Shown here one piece after another: positions 51,701 through 64,000 of a stretch of DNA of 64,000 bases. The DNA is from Neolecta irregularis DAH-3. Its lineage: Eukaryota. The DNA is taken from NCBI GenBank assembly GCA_001929475.1, contig LXFE01000515.1, forward strand, positions 1-64,000, read 5' to 3'. The number at the start of each line of letters is the position of its first letter. The stretch's first letter is position 1. The position numbers and the translations under genes were made by a program. The notes under the pieces are model-generated. The model saw only the letters and a list, made by a program, of their open reading frames with translations, was not told the origin of the DNA and ran no database searches.

Positions 51701-52291
51701 ACGCAAATTCAAGATGTTGATGTCCAAATGGCTGCTCTGGACGAGTTCGTCGTTCGAGGTATGGACACCTCTGCAAATCACTGATTTACAGATATAGCCG
51801 GAGAACAGATTGTGAGGGGTCACGATTTGCACAGCCAGCTTGTTGAAGCATCTGGCCAGACTATGTGGAAAGCGCAGTCGACTCTCTCATCTGAACTCGG
51901 AGGAATGAAGAAAGATGTTGAAATTTTCGGGAGGGACGGCCTCAACACATCAGAAGATCAGAAACCGTTTATCAGACAGTTTTGCAATACAGCACTGGAG
52001 AACTTCTCTTCGCTTAGACACACACTGACAAGTGCTGCAATTTCGGAAGACACTTCCACAGGCCAAACTCCTCGAAAGAAGGAATATCCCTATCCTTCAA
52101 CTTGGAATCTTACAAGACCTCATGACGAAATGCTGGCCCATCTACGACGCACTCCCTTGGGAAAAATCGATCCTAATAAGACAAGTAACACACCTAATGG
52201 AATTCTGTTGAAAATTGTTCCCCCAAGTGCAAATTCTCAAGACGTTCCCCGACTCGGTGAAAACGAAAACGACATGATGGTAGAAACGTAG
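48790..52291 (+). CDS. Kinesin-5 (BimC/Cut7)
   Basis: [46 protein letters not shown], and BimC box [10 protein letters not shown]. Confidence 0.96.
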
Positions 52292-52492
52292 GAAATCAAG
52301 CACAGACATTCTCCTTCGAAAATCATGTTTATTACACCTTTCTCCACCACTGTATATAATTTTTCACATTAATGGATTAGTGACTATGGACAAATATACC
52401 AACTACTCCGTTCAACCGTTCCCACCCGTTCCTACCCATTTATTACAACTTCATTCGCTAAAGGGCGAATTTAATCGCGGCAAGTTTTGTAA

Positions 52493-53001
52493 TTAAGATT
52501 GTGCGACAGAGGTCCGACGATCGGCGTCCCGAGAAGTTCTTGACTTCTCCGTTAGGTCGATCACTTTCCTTAAATTTGCATTCCTTCCAATAAGTCTAGA
52601 GATACAAGTATACCGTACCTTTCATTGAAGATCCTTACCATTTCGCAAACACCCAGGTCTTGCGGAACGGCATTTTCTCGAGATATCCCGTCCATTCGAA
52701 TGATTTGGCCGTCGGTTGCCTTCACATGTTCTGCAGGCATCCACGACGGGGATTCTTCGATCCGCACTTCAAGTAGCTGCCAATCCTCTGCTAGCGACTG
52801 TGCAGAAACAATGCTACGGCCCGTCGAATCAAAGTCGAGAATAATAGGTCGGGAGTCGATGTGATGAGCTTTCAAGTCGTGTAACGATACTGGATCGTCA
52901 TCGGAAAAGATATAGTGCACTCTGGGGTATATCGGAGTACTCGACTTGCCGTTGAAGAACATAATCATTGGAGGCCTGAAATGATCTTTTGATGCCTGCA
53001 T
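52493..53001 (-). CDS. Atg31-like small protein
   Basis: PRVHYIFSDDD...IILDFD...AQSLAEDWQLL parallels the Atg31 pattern (YIFED...IIVxLD...LISDxYxLL). C-terminal helix FNERNANLRKVI. Confidence 0.5.
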
Positions 53002-53301
53002 ATCTGTATTCGTGATGGTGGGGAGAGGCCGAGGAATCTCCGCTAAACAGCGATAAACAGGTTTTTCAATGGAAAAGAAATAAAAGAAATAAGCCAAAAT
53101 CCGCTAAAATATTGTCTTAAAAAGATCAAAGAGTTTTGATGTTTCTAGAATATGATGCTCTATCAAAGCCAAATGACTTTTCTCCAAAACCTGATTACGT
53201 CTCCCTGCCCCACAATCACGTTCAGCTACTTGCTCTTTGCCCGTGCATCCATTTATTTTTGGTCTCTACTGAAAGACTGAAAGAGAAAGAAATGTCATAT
53301 A

Positions 53302-54235
53302 ATGCCCGACGCTTCTTCCCAAGAAAAAGTCCTTTTTGCTATTTACATCTGTTGACGATAGGCGCTTCGTCATGCTAAACTATATGAAGCTCTCGCAACC
53401 GCGAGACTAAACTACGAAGTATCTGAACTCGAATCCCGAGTCGCTGGGCAGAACCAATCCGTTCCTCGATCTACCCAATCTATAAAATGTGTGATAGATG
53501 CCGCTGTTCTCACAGAGGCGCTCGATATAGTCAAAGGCTGGAACGTAGAGTCGATCGTTCCATTAGAAGGTACATTTACAAGGAAGCATTATTGATATTA
53601 ATCAATAAGCCTTAAGTCACCTTGACCGATTGAAGAAAGGCGGTGAACATGTCAACATCAAAGCACGAGAAGCCATTCGATTTCTTGAGCGTTGTCAAAC
53701 CAGGAAAACCAAACGCGAAAGTGGCATTCGGATCCAATCTGAGAAAGAAAAGCTTTCGTCATGGACAGTATGCGAGAAATTCTTTCAAAAATCAACATCC
53801 ATTATTTCTCGAAGTCCTCTTAAGTCATCTTCAGTCTGTTCGAATCACAAACAGACTATTACAGAGGGCAGCCAGGAATCAGAAAACGATGTTCCAATCT
53901 TTGAATTTCAAAATACACCGCGCTATATTCGTGGATCTCTTGGACTCTTTCTTTTTCTTCAAGAACACACCAATCGCTCAGAAACGACCAAGCTTATCAC
54001 CAATGACCGTGTCCTTTCTGAATGGGCCTTGAAGTTCTCGATCACAACACTTACCCCGAGTGATATGGATGCAATCTTGGCTCAACAAGCTTCGAAGAAA
54101 CGGAATCAGCGAAAAGGGACTTCAAAATCTCCTGTTGTCGTACCGGTCAATGTGGTTTCTCGAAATGGTAATACTGGATTTTGCCGTGGCCCATCCAGGG
54201 GTCGCGGCGCCGGTACTTTGTGGACCGAAACGTGA
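53302..54235 (+). CDS. SMG5/6-like (Nmd4-like) PIN-domain protein
   Basis: CVIDAAVL, IVPLE|ALSHLDRLKKG, AREAIRFLE and LITND motifs, with a C-terminal GRGAGTLW. Confidence 0.7.
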
Positions 54236-54372
54236 ATCTTACCCTTGGAGATACGAAGCAGCTCACCTTTGTGCGCAGAGCTCATCGATTTACTCTGCTG
54301 TAAATATATTCGATGATATTGGGATAGCAAGGCATAGCCAAACTTGAAGTTTTCATTCTCCTATTTATTCCA

Positions 54373-57300
54373 TTATTTATGACAACTCTGTAAGTGAATC
54401 GTTTGGATGTCTTGGCATGCCTCTGCCAAAATCCATACATTGACCCCAAAGAATATCATTCCGGCGAGCCATAAACCTGGAAAGAATGTATTTCGGCCTA
54501 GAATCTCGAGGTTAATGGCTTGATGAATCCAGATGCCCTCAACTTCTCAGTAGCAAGAATGGTAGGGGTTTTACCTGCGATCCAGCCCAAAAAATAAAGG
54601 CGGTGATTCCGATTCTTGGTCTCTGAATGAAATTCGAGAACGGTAGAAAAAGAGGAAGGAAGACAAGATACCACATGTAATACTGTTATTGTCAGTTCCA
54701 AGCAATGTAACTACCCAACCTGACTAGTACAGACTTTATTAAACGCAACAAATGCAAATGTCTGAAGAAAGATAGTAGCGGGAAGATTGATCTTTGCAAA
54801 TGCCAGCGGTATCAACGCGAGACTTGTTAAAAGCTGAGGTATAAATGCGAGTGAGGAAAAAGAAAAAGCATTTCCACGAGCTGAAGCAAAATACAGTGCT
54901 AGGTGATATGGAGAAAAATTGTGTCGGTGGTCAGAGCGGATGAAATGGTAAAGATACGTATGCTCGAGGAAAGATGCACCATACCTATCAGTTAGAATGC
55001 CATCACCAAATTTAAGGCCATACAGATAATACATTCCAGAATTCAGTAGACCAAAAGTTAGGAGACTGACAATTCCTAGTGTCATTCGATCTCGATTGAA
55101 AAAAAAAGTGATTCGAGATATAATAGTTGTATGTTGCATAAAACTGGCACATTCTGTATACTTCTCATCCATCGCCCAGATAAGACTTGTTGAATAGAGA
55201 AAGGGATAGATTTTGGAATGAACAGCTAGTCCGAGCCAAAGACCCATCAGGATAGTTCGTCGCTTGCTAAAAGAGTCGAGAATCAGTAAAGTCAACGCGC
55301 CAAGTAATCCTTCCACATTCCCTCTTGTGCTTATCACTGCGACCATGGGATTCAGTGTCCATATGCACGAATATAAAACCGCCTTTCGTTGAGGAAGTCC
55401 CATCCGCCTAAGAAGTTTAATTATGATATATCCGGACAGAAGATCCCCAAAGGCGAAGAGAACCTTTCCAAAATGTTTCCATAGTCCTCCCCATGTATTC
55501 GGATAAAGCATCCAGGCGAGTAAAGGAGTGTATCGATATGTCTCGCGTTCGTAAGGAGATCCCCCTTTCGCAAAGAACGAAGCCGCATCGCTAAACACAA
55601 AGTAATCAACATCGGTATATTTTAAGTGCGAATGGCCGTCCTGCCAAATTCCGTATACGAGAAGTATTGCGCGAAGCAAGAACCCAACGAGCATTACAAT
55701 ATTGATAGCATTGATGTTGTAAATGCTCTTAAACAGTACCCAAAATCGACGCGTTCGAGAAATACTCGATCTTAAAGGATAGTCTCCGTCTTTGGTACAC
55801 TTATTAGAGACTTCCCTGCCAATTTCGTAATAAGTGGATGTCATTGCATAAACTCCAGGACGAAGTTCATTGGGAATTCTTTCGATGCTATGCTTAGATG
55901 ATGTGTAAATCATATTGGCACGTTGCATAATTTGTTTAGCGTACTTTTTTAGTGGAAGATGTGAAGTTTTGCGAACTATGGAGGAGCTGTTTGAAGACAA
56001 CCCAATGGATATCAACTGCTCTCTATCCTCTAAAGATGAGAACTGAGAACTCGGAATGTATGTCCGTCCCTTTAGGGCATCTGTCAGAATATCGCGGGAG
56101 ATGTTTACTAACTGGAGGACCTGCTATGTTGAGCAGGAAAAACCAATATGTCTTACCTCTCCCATTTTCCTCGCATCTTTGATTAAGTCGTCGGGAAAAG
56201 GCGAAGAAACATCTGGGTCATGAAGCATTATCCATGTGCAGATCTCCGCTACACTACTTGCTACACCTTCACAGTATTTGTGCAACGTCTCGATGTCTGT
56301 GATTTCAAGCTCCTTGGTTGAATTAGAATCCTCGGAAAGTCCTGGAATATCCATTTCAAGTCCATTAAACAATTCCAAGAATGGCTCGCGCGGAACTTTG
56401 GACGCCAAAACTTTCAAGGCGGCTCGAGATATCGAAAGATCTGGGATTGTTCTATTTAGATCTGGCATCTGTCCCCTTCGAAATTCTTCCTTCGAAAGAA
56501 ATGAGGTTTGGACAAAATCACGTAGAGTTTCAAGTCTCCTACGGCGTTCGAGATTGCTTTCGTGAATATTTTCATCTACTATATCATCGGCGATGCGGCA
56601 GAGAGCATATGCAACGCTGAGATCTTGTCGGATGTTTTCAGGATATAAAAAACTAGAGGTGTGAAATGAACTGGAAGCGTTCTTCAGAACCTTGTTACAA
56701 TAATCGATATCATCAATCAACGACTGATCGATCCTCTCATGGTACATAAAAGATGCTTGAAGCAATTGAAAGAAGTAGCTCAATTTGTGGCTTGGTGCAT
56801 TTTTAGTCGACTTGAGGTACAAGATTGTTGTTGCCCGATCAAATCCTGCGCAGCCTAAAATGACGATTACATTCGTGAACGCGAAGAAAATTGCTTCTTC
56901 AATGGGAAGATACTCCCATAATTCATAGCCAGTGCGTGTGGAGTCGGCAATTTTCCAGACCTTGTCCCTGATGGCAATCGTATCTACTACCCACAAAAAG
57001 ACAGTTGGAATAATGAGCGAGATAACCGATGATCTCCACCTTCGAAGAGCGAATGGTCCCGCAACCCACCAAAGAAACGCAAAGACAGGGAATATCCAGG
57101 CAAGTATCATTCCCAAATAGAATGTTGGTGTACCGATTTGGGCGAGTTCCCACCCTATTGCCGCCGTGGCTATCGACACGAGAATGGGTACATGTTGCAG
57201 GACCCATGCTTGTCGATACGGCTTGAGTGCCATGATAGCAGGTTCCTCGAATCGGCAGACCATTGAGTAAAAGATCGAAGTTGAGAGAGTTTGAATGACG

Positions 57301-57651
57301 ATGAACATGTACTCTTCAATGGGTATGTGTAAAACGGTAGCTAATACGCTCTTCGATCCATAGCTCCAAGCACCATTTTTTATGACATAGCTATCCCTAG
57401 CCTGTCAGTTCTGTTGATGAAGCATAAACTTTTACCAGGATGTCGTGTAAAGAAGTGCTACTACGGTAAGAAATTTCCATTTGATGGCATCAAAGCGAGT
57501 CTGTAACGGTCGATATAACAACCAGAGACCAAGCAATAGCGGGAGAGTATAAAGGAGATGACTGAAGAGGGTCAATACTGCAATACATAAGACAGACTCA
57601 CATCTGCAAGTAAGCACTTGGGAAAGCTGTAGGTTCGGCTTGTCGAAACAT
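54373..57651 (-). CDS. Fusion ORF: bifunctional lycopene cyclase/phytoene synthase (CrtYB/Al-2 type) joined in frame to GPI mannosyltransferase I (PIG-M/Gpi14)
   Basis: Cyclase motifs: HLLYTLP, TTSWDSY...AWSY, IPIEEYMF, VDTIAI...W, LPIEEAIFF. Synthase motifs: ASSSF, CRIADDIVD, YCEGVASSV, LQLVNISRDI.TDA..GRTYIP. PIG-M motifs follow without a stop: KYTDVDY.VFSDAA, SPYERETYRYTPLL, LNPMVAVISTRG, HSKIYP, RSDHRHNFS, FNKVCTSQY. Confidence 0.9.
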
Positions 57652-58180
57652 TGGTCGCTCGTGGAGATGCTAGTTTGAGCGAATAACTGGTTGAGGCTTG
57701 AAAATGTTGTACAGAGCAATGTGCCTCTTTCATTTAATCATCCCGTCGTTCTGTTTCACGTAATTATCGCGAGGTGGAATCTCAGTGCTGTCCAAGAGGC
57801 AAATTGCAAACTGGGACTCGATCCGATCACGATCTCCACATCTCGAACAGTCTAAACGTCTTCCGGTGACCTGAATATCCGCAGACATGTTTATTTGTTT
57901 ATATACATAAAATGACAAATACCGTCGTAACCCCCCGGAGCGGATGTATTAGCATTCTAACTAAACTTGATATTGTATTGCATAATAGATTCGTTCCATT
58001 TGGAACTTCGTGAAAATCTACAATTCTGACATTCGGTGTAGCGGTTTTTGTCGGGTTCGGATGCCAATGAACCTGTTCCAAACGAATTTGACAACCCTCG
58101 AATTCAGGACTCCACTACAACCAAAGCTTACTACCATTACTTTACGAATATAATCCTATTCACGTGCTTGCTCTGCTTAC

Positions 58181-58485
58181 ATGGTACTCTATTGCGCTTA
58201 TTTAGGTTGTGCCGACTCGTTAGGTTTTAGGAAGAGTATTCCATTATGGCGTTGACGCAGTCCTCGTCTCGGCTCTGCTAGCGAGCATTAAGCGGTCTAC
58301 TGGGCTCCAGTAGGATACAAAACTCTCATGGGATGAGACTAACAGTTTCAAGGGTAAAGACTGAGACCATCAACAACAACGAGATCAAAAGAGCAATGAC
58401 TCGTTACTTGGACGTGGGTGAATGGGTCTTGAACACAAGTATCGCCTTCATGGCAACATCTTCCTACTTTGAAAGGAAGCAGTGA
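58181..58485 (+). CDS. DUF1748 family small protein
   Basis: M|VLGRVFHYGVDAVLVSALLASIKRSTGL|...YLDVGEWV...SSYFER, with two introns. Confidence 0.85.
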
Positions 58486-58749
58486 GTTCAAAAACCCAGC
58501 GGCTTGCTAGTTATGATGAATGTAATATCTCACCATCATCGGTCATTTCGGTAACTGAGAAACTCTGAAGGATGGGATCAGATAATATATTGATTATCTT
58601 TTTGCTAGTCAAACGAGGAAGTCTATATAATGGACACCTATTTCTATATGCTTTATGAATGTCATTTTACAAAATATGCGCCTCGTTCCTTGCTACCTTT
58701 CACCATGGAATCCTCCAAAATATCACTCGTAGATCATCTGCTGACAGAT

Positions 58750-61327
58750 TCATCGAATTTGGTTCGCGCTGAAAGCTGTCTTTGCCAGAGGACTGCTAAT
58801 GCTTGGTGCAAATTGCAGAGATTTTCGGCGAGCAATTTCAACCTTCTTCAGAATGTTTATATTAAGAGGACAGAACAAGGCTAAAAGTAATCAGCATTCA
58901 TGGGCTTGTAAATACGACGATTACTTTTTCCCGGACATGTCTGCGGAACTCGTGCTAGAGTAGGGGCGTCCTTGGCAGCTGGAGTTACATCGGCGATGGT
59001 TGACAAGGTTTTGGTTTCCATAGATTTACGGCGCTGAGAGATCAACAAATGAGCGTGCATGCTTGGATCCTACTCTATGACTGTAGGGGATTTGTTCAAC
59101 ACTGATCTCGAAGCCAGCTTCTTCGACTTGACGGCCTACTTTCTCACAGGCCATAACCCATGATAATCCGACGCATTTAACAGCTCCATTCGTTTCTTTG
59201 ATCTTGGCTAACGTTCGCGGACTTCCGTCCTTGAAGATTACATGAGTAATATTATGATTGCTCCTATCATGATTGCTATTCCATGACTTAGCAATTCGAC
59301 CGCCGAGGGATTTGATCAAATCGACGAAAGGCGCTGAAGCATCGTCCCCGTCAACTAATCAAAGTTAGCACTGACACGTGTATGCAAAAATTACTGGTTC
59401 GCACATCGAGATAAACAACGATGTTCTGCAATACACTGTGTCTATCTACCAGACCATCTGGTGTCGCGTAAAGTTCAGCTTTTATGGGCGATAGCTCCGT
59501 TGTTGCCGATTTTGATTTTCGAAGAGGTTTTGAACGTACCGGCAGGACATCATTATTATCTTGGTGAGGGAATTCAAAGGAATTCAGAGATTCCAGTTGA
59601 GTGGTATTAGTAGTTTTGCTTTTTTGGGAAGATTTATATTCGGAGTTGTGTGTGACTGGGGTCAGTTGATCTTGAGGACTATCTTTCAGACAAGTCTCGA
59701 GCGCAGGCGGTGAGGTTCGCTTCGATTTGCTCCCAAGTCGGAGATCGGAGAAAGAATAACGCAGCGGATCAATTGGAACCAATTTGTCCGAAAAATATAA
59801 AGTATCTGGTAGTATGTCGCTGGCCGGACCACATTCAGTACTCAAAGGCGATGATGCACTTCGAGATCTCGTCAATCGAGGTAGTTTACTTTCTGAGGTC
59901 AAGACATTCGAGAATTCCGAGGTGTCAGAACCTGAATGACGGTGATATAAAGACACTTCGGCCGTTTCATTTTCTCTCAAATATTCCAAGGGTTTTGTTT
60001 TATGGCGAAGACAGCTACGAGGAGTTTTGACGGTAGTACTTGGCAATCTTTGGGCTGGAGGTTCTGTCGCCGTGATGACGCCCACTTCTTCGGAATCGAT
60101 TGTAGCTAAACTACTCAGAGACTTCCTTCGTAATGCTAACCGAGACCCATCTTTAGGTAAGGATCGCGGAGGAGTTTGAATCTGTACCGTTTTTCGCTTC
60201 AATGCTCGAGGTGGAGAATCGTCCGTATAATGCTCGGACTCGACTGGAATATCTATGATTTTTTGATTATATATGCTATTTGGCATGGTGCGAGATTCTG
60301 CACTTTTCTTGTGCTTGAGTAAAGGCGAGGGCGATATCTGTTCCTCTACCTCTGATGGAGATCGACTTGGACTTCGACTTCGGTATAATCTGTTGAAGAC
60401 GCCATCGCTTTCTTCACATGGCTCTGAAGAAGATGAAATATGCCGAGAAGATGGTTTATTTCGGGTTGGTCGCGATGGAGTTTCGTCAGCATCCTTCAAA
60501 GGAACGAAGAAATCCAACGACTTGTTCGTCTTGAGAATGGACTTCGTGACATGCAGAGAACTGTCTTCAGCTTCGCGGGTTTGATCTCGTGCAAGAGTGG
60601 CGGGGTTCAATATTCGCAAAGGTTTTGATAACGGAGTTTGATGTCTTGGCTGAATCCTTGTTGGGCTACCCATTCTTCTATTTGATTTTGGTATTTCTGG
60701 AAGAACGTAGTTGTCCTCGAATATGTCCGATTCAACATCAACGAACGGTGTCTTAGTGCGAATTGGGCTTCCCATCCGTCCAGGGGTATTATGAATTTCC
60801 TTTGGTGCCTCAATGAGCTGATCCAACTGAATTTCGGTCAAATTATGCGGGATTCTACGTGAAGGACCTCCGAGCTTGGAGAAGTTTTGCGGTGCCAAGT
60901 GCGTATTGGAAATCCGTTGACTCAATGAATCGATCGAAGATAAGGATGTAGTTTGTCGAAGAGGTTTTCGAAGACTTGATCGAGTGGCCAACTCTGGTTC
61001 TTCAGCATTCTTTTTCGAGGTTGTAGCAGGCGTCATGGAAACTCTTGTCGGACCGGAAGCGAGACCTTTGTTCGGTACTGGGTCATTGTTCTCTTTTCCA
61101 ATAGAGGGCTTAGAACGTCTGAGGGATGCTGTTGCTTGGGCTTTAACCGGGAACCTTTGAGCTTTTCCCAAACCGCCTCTTTGTAACTCTAGTTGGTCGT
61201 TGCCCGAATAAATTGTAGTCTTCTTTCGACCCTTCCATTCGTATTTAATACGCCATTCCGGCTCAACGTGTTCCTCTTTAGCCCTTGCTCGAGTCATTAT
61301 TCGTCGTTCTGATTGTTGGCTGGTCAT
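58750..61327 (-). CDS. BRCT-domain protein (long disordered N-terminus, single C-terminal BRCT)
   Basis: LQNIVVYLDVRT, LGGRIAKSW, ITHVIFKDGS, CVGLSWVMACE, and C-terminal ARRKSLQFAP..SSPL. Confidence 0.85.
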
Positions 61328-62119
61328 TTCGATCCAATGACGAGCAATAGGGGAGTCACTTTTGGTGGAAGGGGTTTGTTGTTTACAAAACGAGTTTGAA
61401 TTTTTGTTCTGGTCAAACACCGACACGCGGTGCGAACATGGTCCGGCAAAGACTTGATATGCGTCATTCTAATAAATCTCGCCCCTATATAGAGTCTTCC
61501 TATGTTTAGTTATTCTATCAATTTTTGCACAAGCTTCAACGCAGACTGAGTTTCCAATGGTGTTTAGCGCGTTCTGTTGCCAAGATAACATGTGAAATAA
61601 AAGGCAGTAGGAATTCACTCTAGCCTTGCGATTTTTGCTTGCGCTAAGTATTGAAGCTTGAGGTCCTGAAGCAAATCAAGGTTCATATTTGCGATTTCAG
61701 GATCGCTTCCCGCTGAAGTCTCATGCCTACCCAAGACTTTCGTCTAAGGGAAATTAGATTTTGACTGCGAGCTGCTTTGGAATTCAGACAATGAATTCTA
61801 GATTTTGTTGTAATACAAATCCAGTTTTCTCACCAGTCTTAGCTTTATTGCATTTTGAAGTTTATAAATGTTTTAGTCATACCTCGTGTGTACACCTGTG
61901 AAACAATTACTTGTGGTCCTCTGCACTCACCGCTCCTCAGGCGACTCAACAAGATTCAGATTCATCAATCTATGCCTGTGGCGATGTGGCCCGTATCTAA
62001 AATACAGGCCGATTCAAGAGACCCATAATTAGCCATCAAGCACGAATAAGCGAAAACAGAACATCATCCCGAGGGTCCATACTAGAGTAGATAAGGGGTA
62101 GCTAAAAGTACCCTTGTAA

Positions 62120-63512
62120 TTAAAAAACAGAACCCAACATATCTATCCATTGACACAAGACAGCATTTCCTTCGTCTTCCACGACCTTTTGAAAATCTTC
62201 CCATCCCAGTCTTTTGTTTGGATAATCTGCAAATATTTTATCAACGAGTTCGTGAGCGGAAAGAAGAGCAGTTTGTTCCATGACAGCTGCATATTCTTCG
62301 TTCATGTGAGAGTGCGACTGCCGAGGCGGGATTAAAGGCATTGTCAAGCTTTTTTCTCGGTGTCGAGCATCTGCAGAAACCGGAGTTACATTGAATGTTG
62401 TAGAAATCGGATTTGAACCATGGCCAGTGGTTTCTTGAAGAGTGGCAGCATCAACATATTCATCCGCCAACATCGATTTAATAACGTCCTGAACAAGACT
62501 TCGAGAAAGAGTGTGCTGGGCTTTAAGCATTTCAAGAACCTGGGTTTTTGAAATAAAGTCTTTGTTTTCCCAATTGTATCCATTGAAAACAGCTTCCCTT
62601 AGTCAGAGTCTTGTTGCTGATAATACCTCTCACTTTTTCTATATGATCTGTCTTTCCCGTCAAAATGTGAATTCCGCGAAGATACTCTGTAAAAGAGATA
62701 ACTCCATCATCATCCTGATCGTAAAATGAGAATAAGCGATGAAAAACAAGATTTGAAGCTTGTCCTAGTTGTCCTAAACAAGCGAGAAACGCAATCTTAT
62801 CAATCCCACAATTAATCCCAAGGTTGTCCTCGCAATTTACAGACGCGATACAGCTGAACTGATCATAGGCAGCATCAAGCTCGGGCTCCTTGTCTTTCGT
62901 CAGAGGAAAGAGGATAAATAGATCTACCATATCCCATCTCTTCAAGTGTTTTCTTTTGTTCCTTTGTTAATCGTGGAGGAACAACAAGATTAGGATTGCC
63001 TAGACATTATTTTGAATTCATCCCTTGATCTAACCAGGATATGCAGGTTTAATGATAGTTTTTGGATTACCTAGAGTAGGTAATGGAATGCGAACTTTGA
63101 AAAATAAATGACTCTTAGCATGAGTTGAGATCGCTTCACATTGATCGCAAAGATCGTAATCTACGCAGTTTGAGCATCGATATCGAACCCCGCGAATCGG
63201 AGAAACATTGCACGAATTACAGCTTATACCGCGATGAACATATCCTTCCTTTTTTGCGTGATCCTACTGGTCAAGGTAAAGCACTCTGACCCAAACCTCT
63301 GCAATGTGATAAAGCAGCTTTAATAGTTGTTCCTCATCACTGGGATTCGAAGGTAGTGCTGCTGAAGCTCCGTTTGAGGTTTGTGACGAATGTTCGTACG
63401 TTTCTGGAGAAGGACGCAGATGGAGATTTCTGGCGAAAGCCCGATATATCTGAACTACAGCGATGGCTCCGATAACGCTGCTTGCTGCTATGATATATGG
63501 TTTCCGGAGCAT
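62120..63512 (-). CDS. ZZ zinc finger / EF-hand protein with N-terminal TM anchor
   Basis: HRGISCNSC...IRGVRYRCSNCVDYDLCDQCE..H..SHLFFK (ZZ finger) and YDQDDDGVISFTEY (EF-hand). Confidence 0.88.
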
Positions 63513-63675
63513 TACATAGTTATAGAATCCAAAGAGGTTTCTGTGGAGCCCACTTATATAAGTTACAAGCCGCACCAAGTTACTGCTCTGGTTTTACAGT
63601 TTTCATTGTCAATTCGACCTAGAAGACTAGAACACATAGTGCTTTTACTTATATATTGATTATTTTTTGATATAT

Positions 63676-64000
63676 TCAAACATGAGCCCAGGCCGTCCTG
63701 CGAGCAAGAAGAGCGCCTGCATAAAAAACTCCGAGCCCTGTGATCAAAAGACCGCCATAGGCGGCCGTTGTAAGTAGTCTGCCTTGCCTTTCGCTTTTTT
63801 TCTTTGCCTCAGAATATGGTTTATTACTGAAACTGACCATCGTATACAAAGGAACAACTCCAAGGCTAGGCACTCGTGCGTACAAAAACTCCTCAATTTT
63901 CTTCCGAAGCAGATATGATCTTCTCGTAACTCCAGCTCGCATCTCGACGAAGTTCTGCATTGCGAGATCGCAAATAGCATTGAGATCGACTTTTCTGGAA
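63676..64000 (-). CDS. BNA4: Kynurenine 3-monooxygenase, C-terminal part (5' end outside window)
   Basis: DLNAICDLAMQNFVEMR...YLLRKKIE...PLYTMVSFS..PYSEA followed by a C-terminal TM helix. Confidence 0.9.
   Translation of the reverse strand, partial: SRKVDLNAICDLAMQNFVEMRAGVTRRSYLLRKKIEEFLYARVPSLGVVPLYTMVSFSNKPYSEAKKKSERQGRLLTTAAYGGLLITGLGVFYAGALLARRTAWAHV

Noticed and set aside
42649-57651. Isoprenoid gene cluster (ERG9 plus phytoene synthase)
   Set aside because: The genes are about 10 kb apart and separated by unrelated housekeeping genes. No phytoene desaturase, GGPP synthase or opsin is present in the window.
57900-58120. Possible snoRNA between the fusion gene and DUF1748
   Set aside because: No convincing box C/D or H/ACA architecture; most simply a divergent promoter.
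1-64000. tRNA, rRNA or spliceosomal snRNA genes; alternative genetic code
   Set aside because: No cloverleaf or snRNA hallmark was found by eye. In-frame stops in conserved genes that I traced resolve through short introns.

Overview
Eukaryotic, gene-dense fungal DNA. Gene content, tiny introns (mostly about 33-45 nt) and degenerate splice signals point to an early-diverging ascomycete (Taphrinomycotina-like, possibly Neolecta; this is inference only). About 37 intron-containing protein genes can be reconstructed by hand. They include a serine dehydratase, TRAX, CENP-U/Ame1-like, isoaspartyl peptidase, Bud27/URI, Tfb3, Ppc89/Cep57-like, an HSL-family lipase, phospholipase B, MRPS8, a bZIP, an APC permease, an EVE protein, an ER FKBP, Swp1, coactosin, SRR1, ERG9, a CDF transporter, CAC2, kinesin-5, Atg31-like, a PIN protein, a BRCT protein, a ZZ/EF-hand protein and BNA4. 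Two features stand out. (1) The carotenoid lycopene cyclase/phytoene synthase gene runs in frame, with no stop or intron, into GPI mannosyltransferase I (PIG-M/GPI14) at 54373-57651. (2) A TPP-riboswitch aptamer with a variant J4/5 sits in the unusually long first intron of the APC permease, next to a competing 5' splice site. Secondary observations include GC-AG and GAG-acceptor introns, divergent start codons only 35-45 bp apart, an antisense CDS overlap, an LC8-type motif array, a candidate structured ncRNA, and transposon/pseudogene relics. Exon boundaries were inferred by eye and need RNA-seq confirmation.
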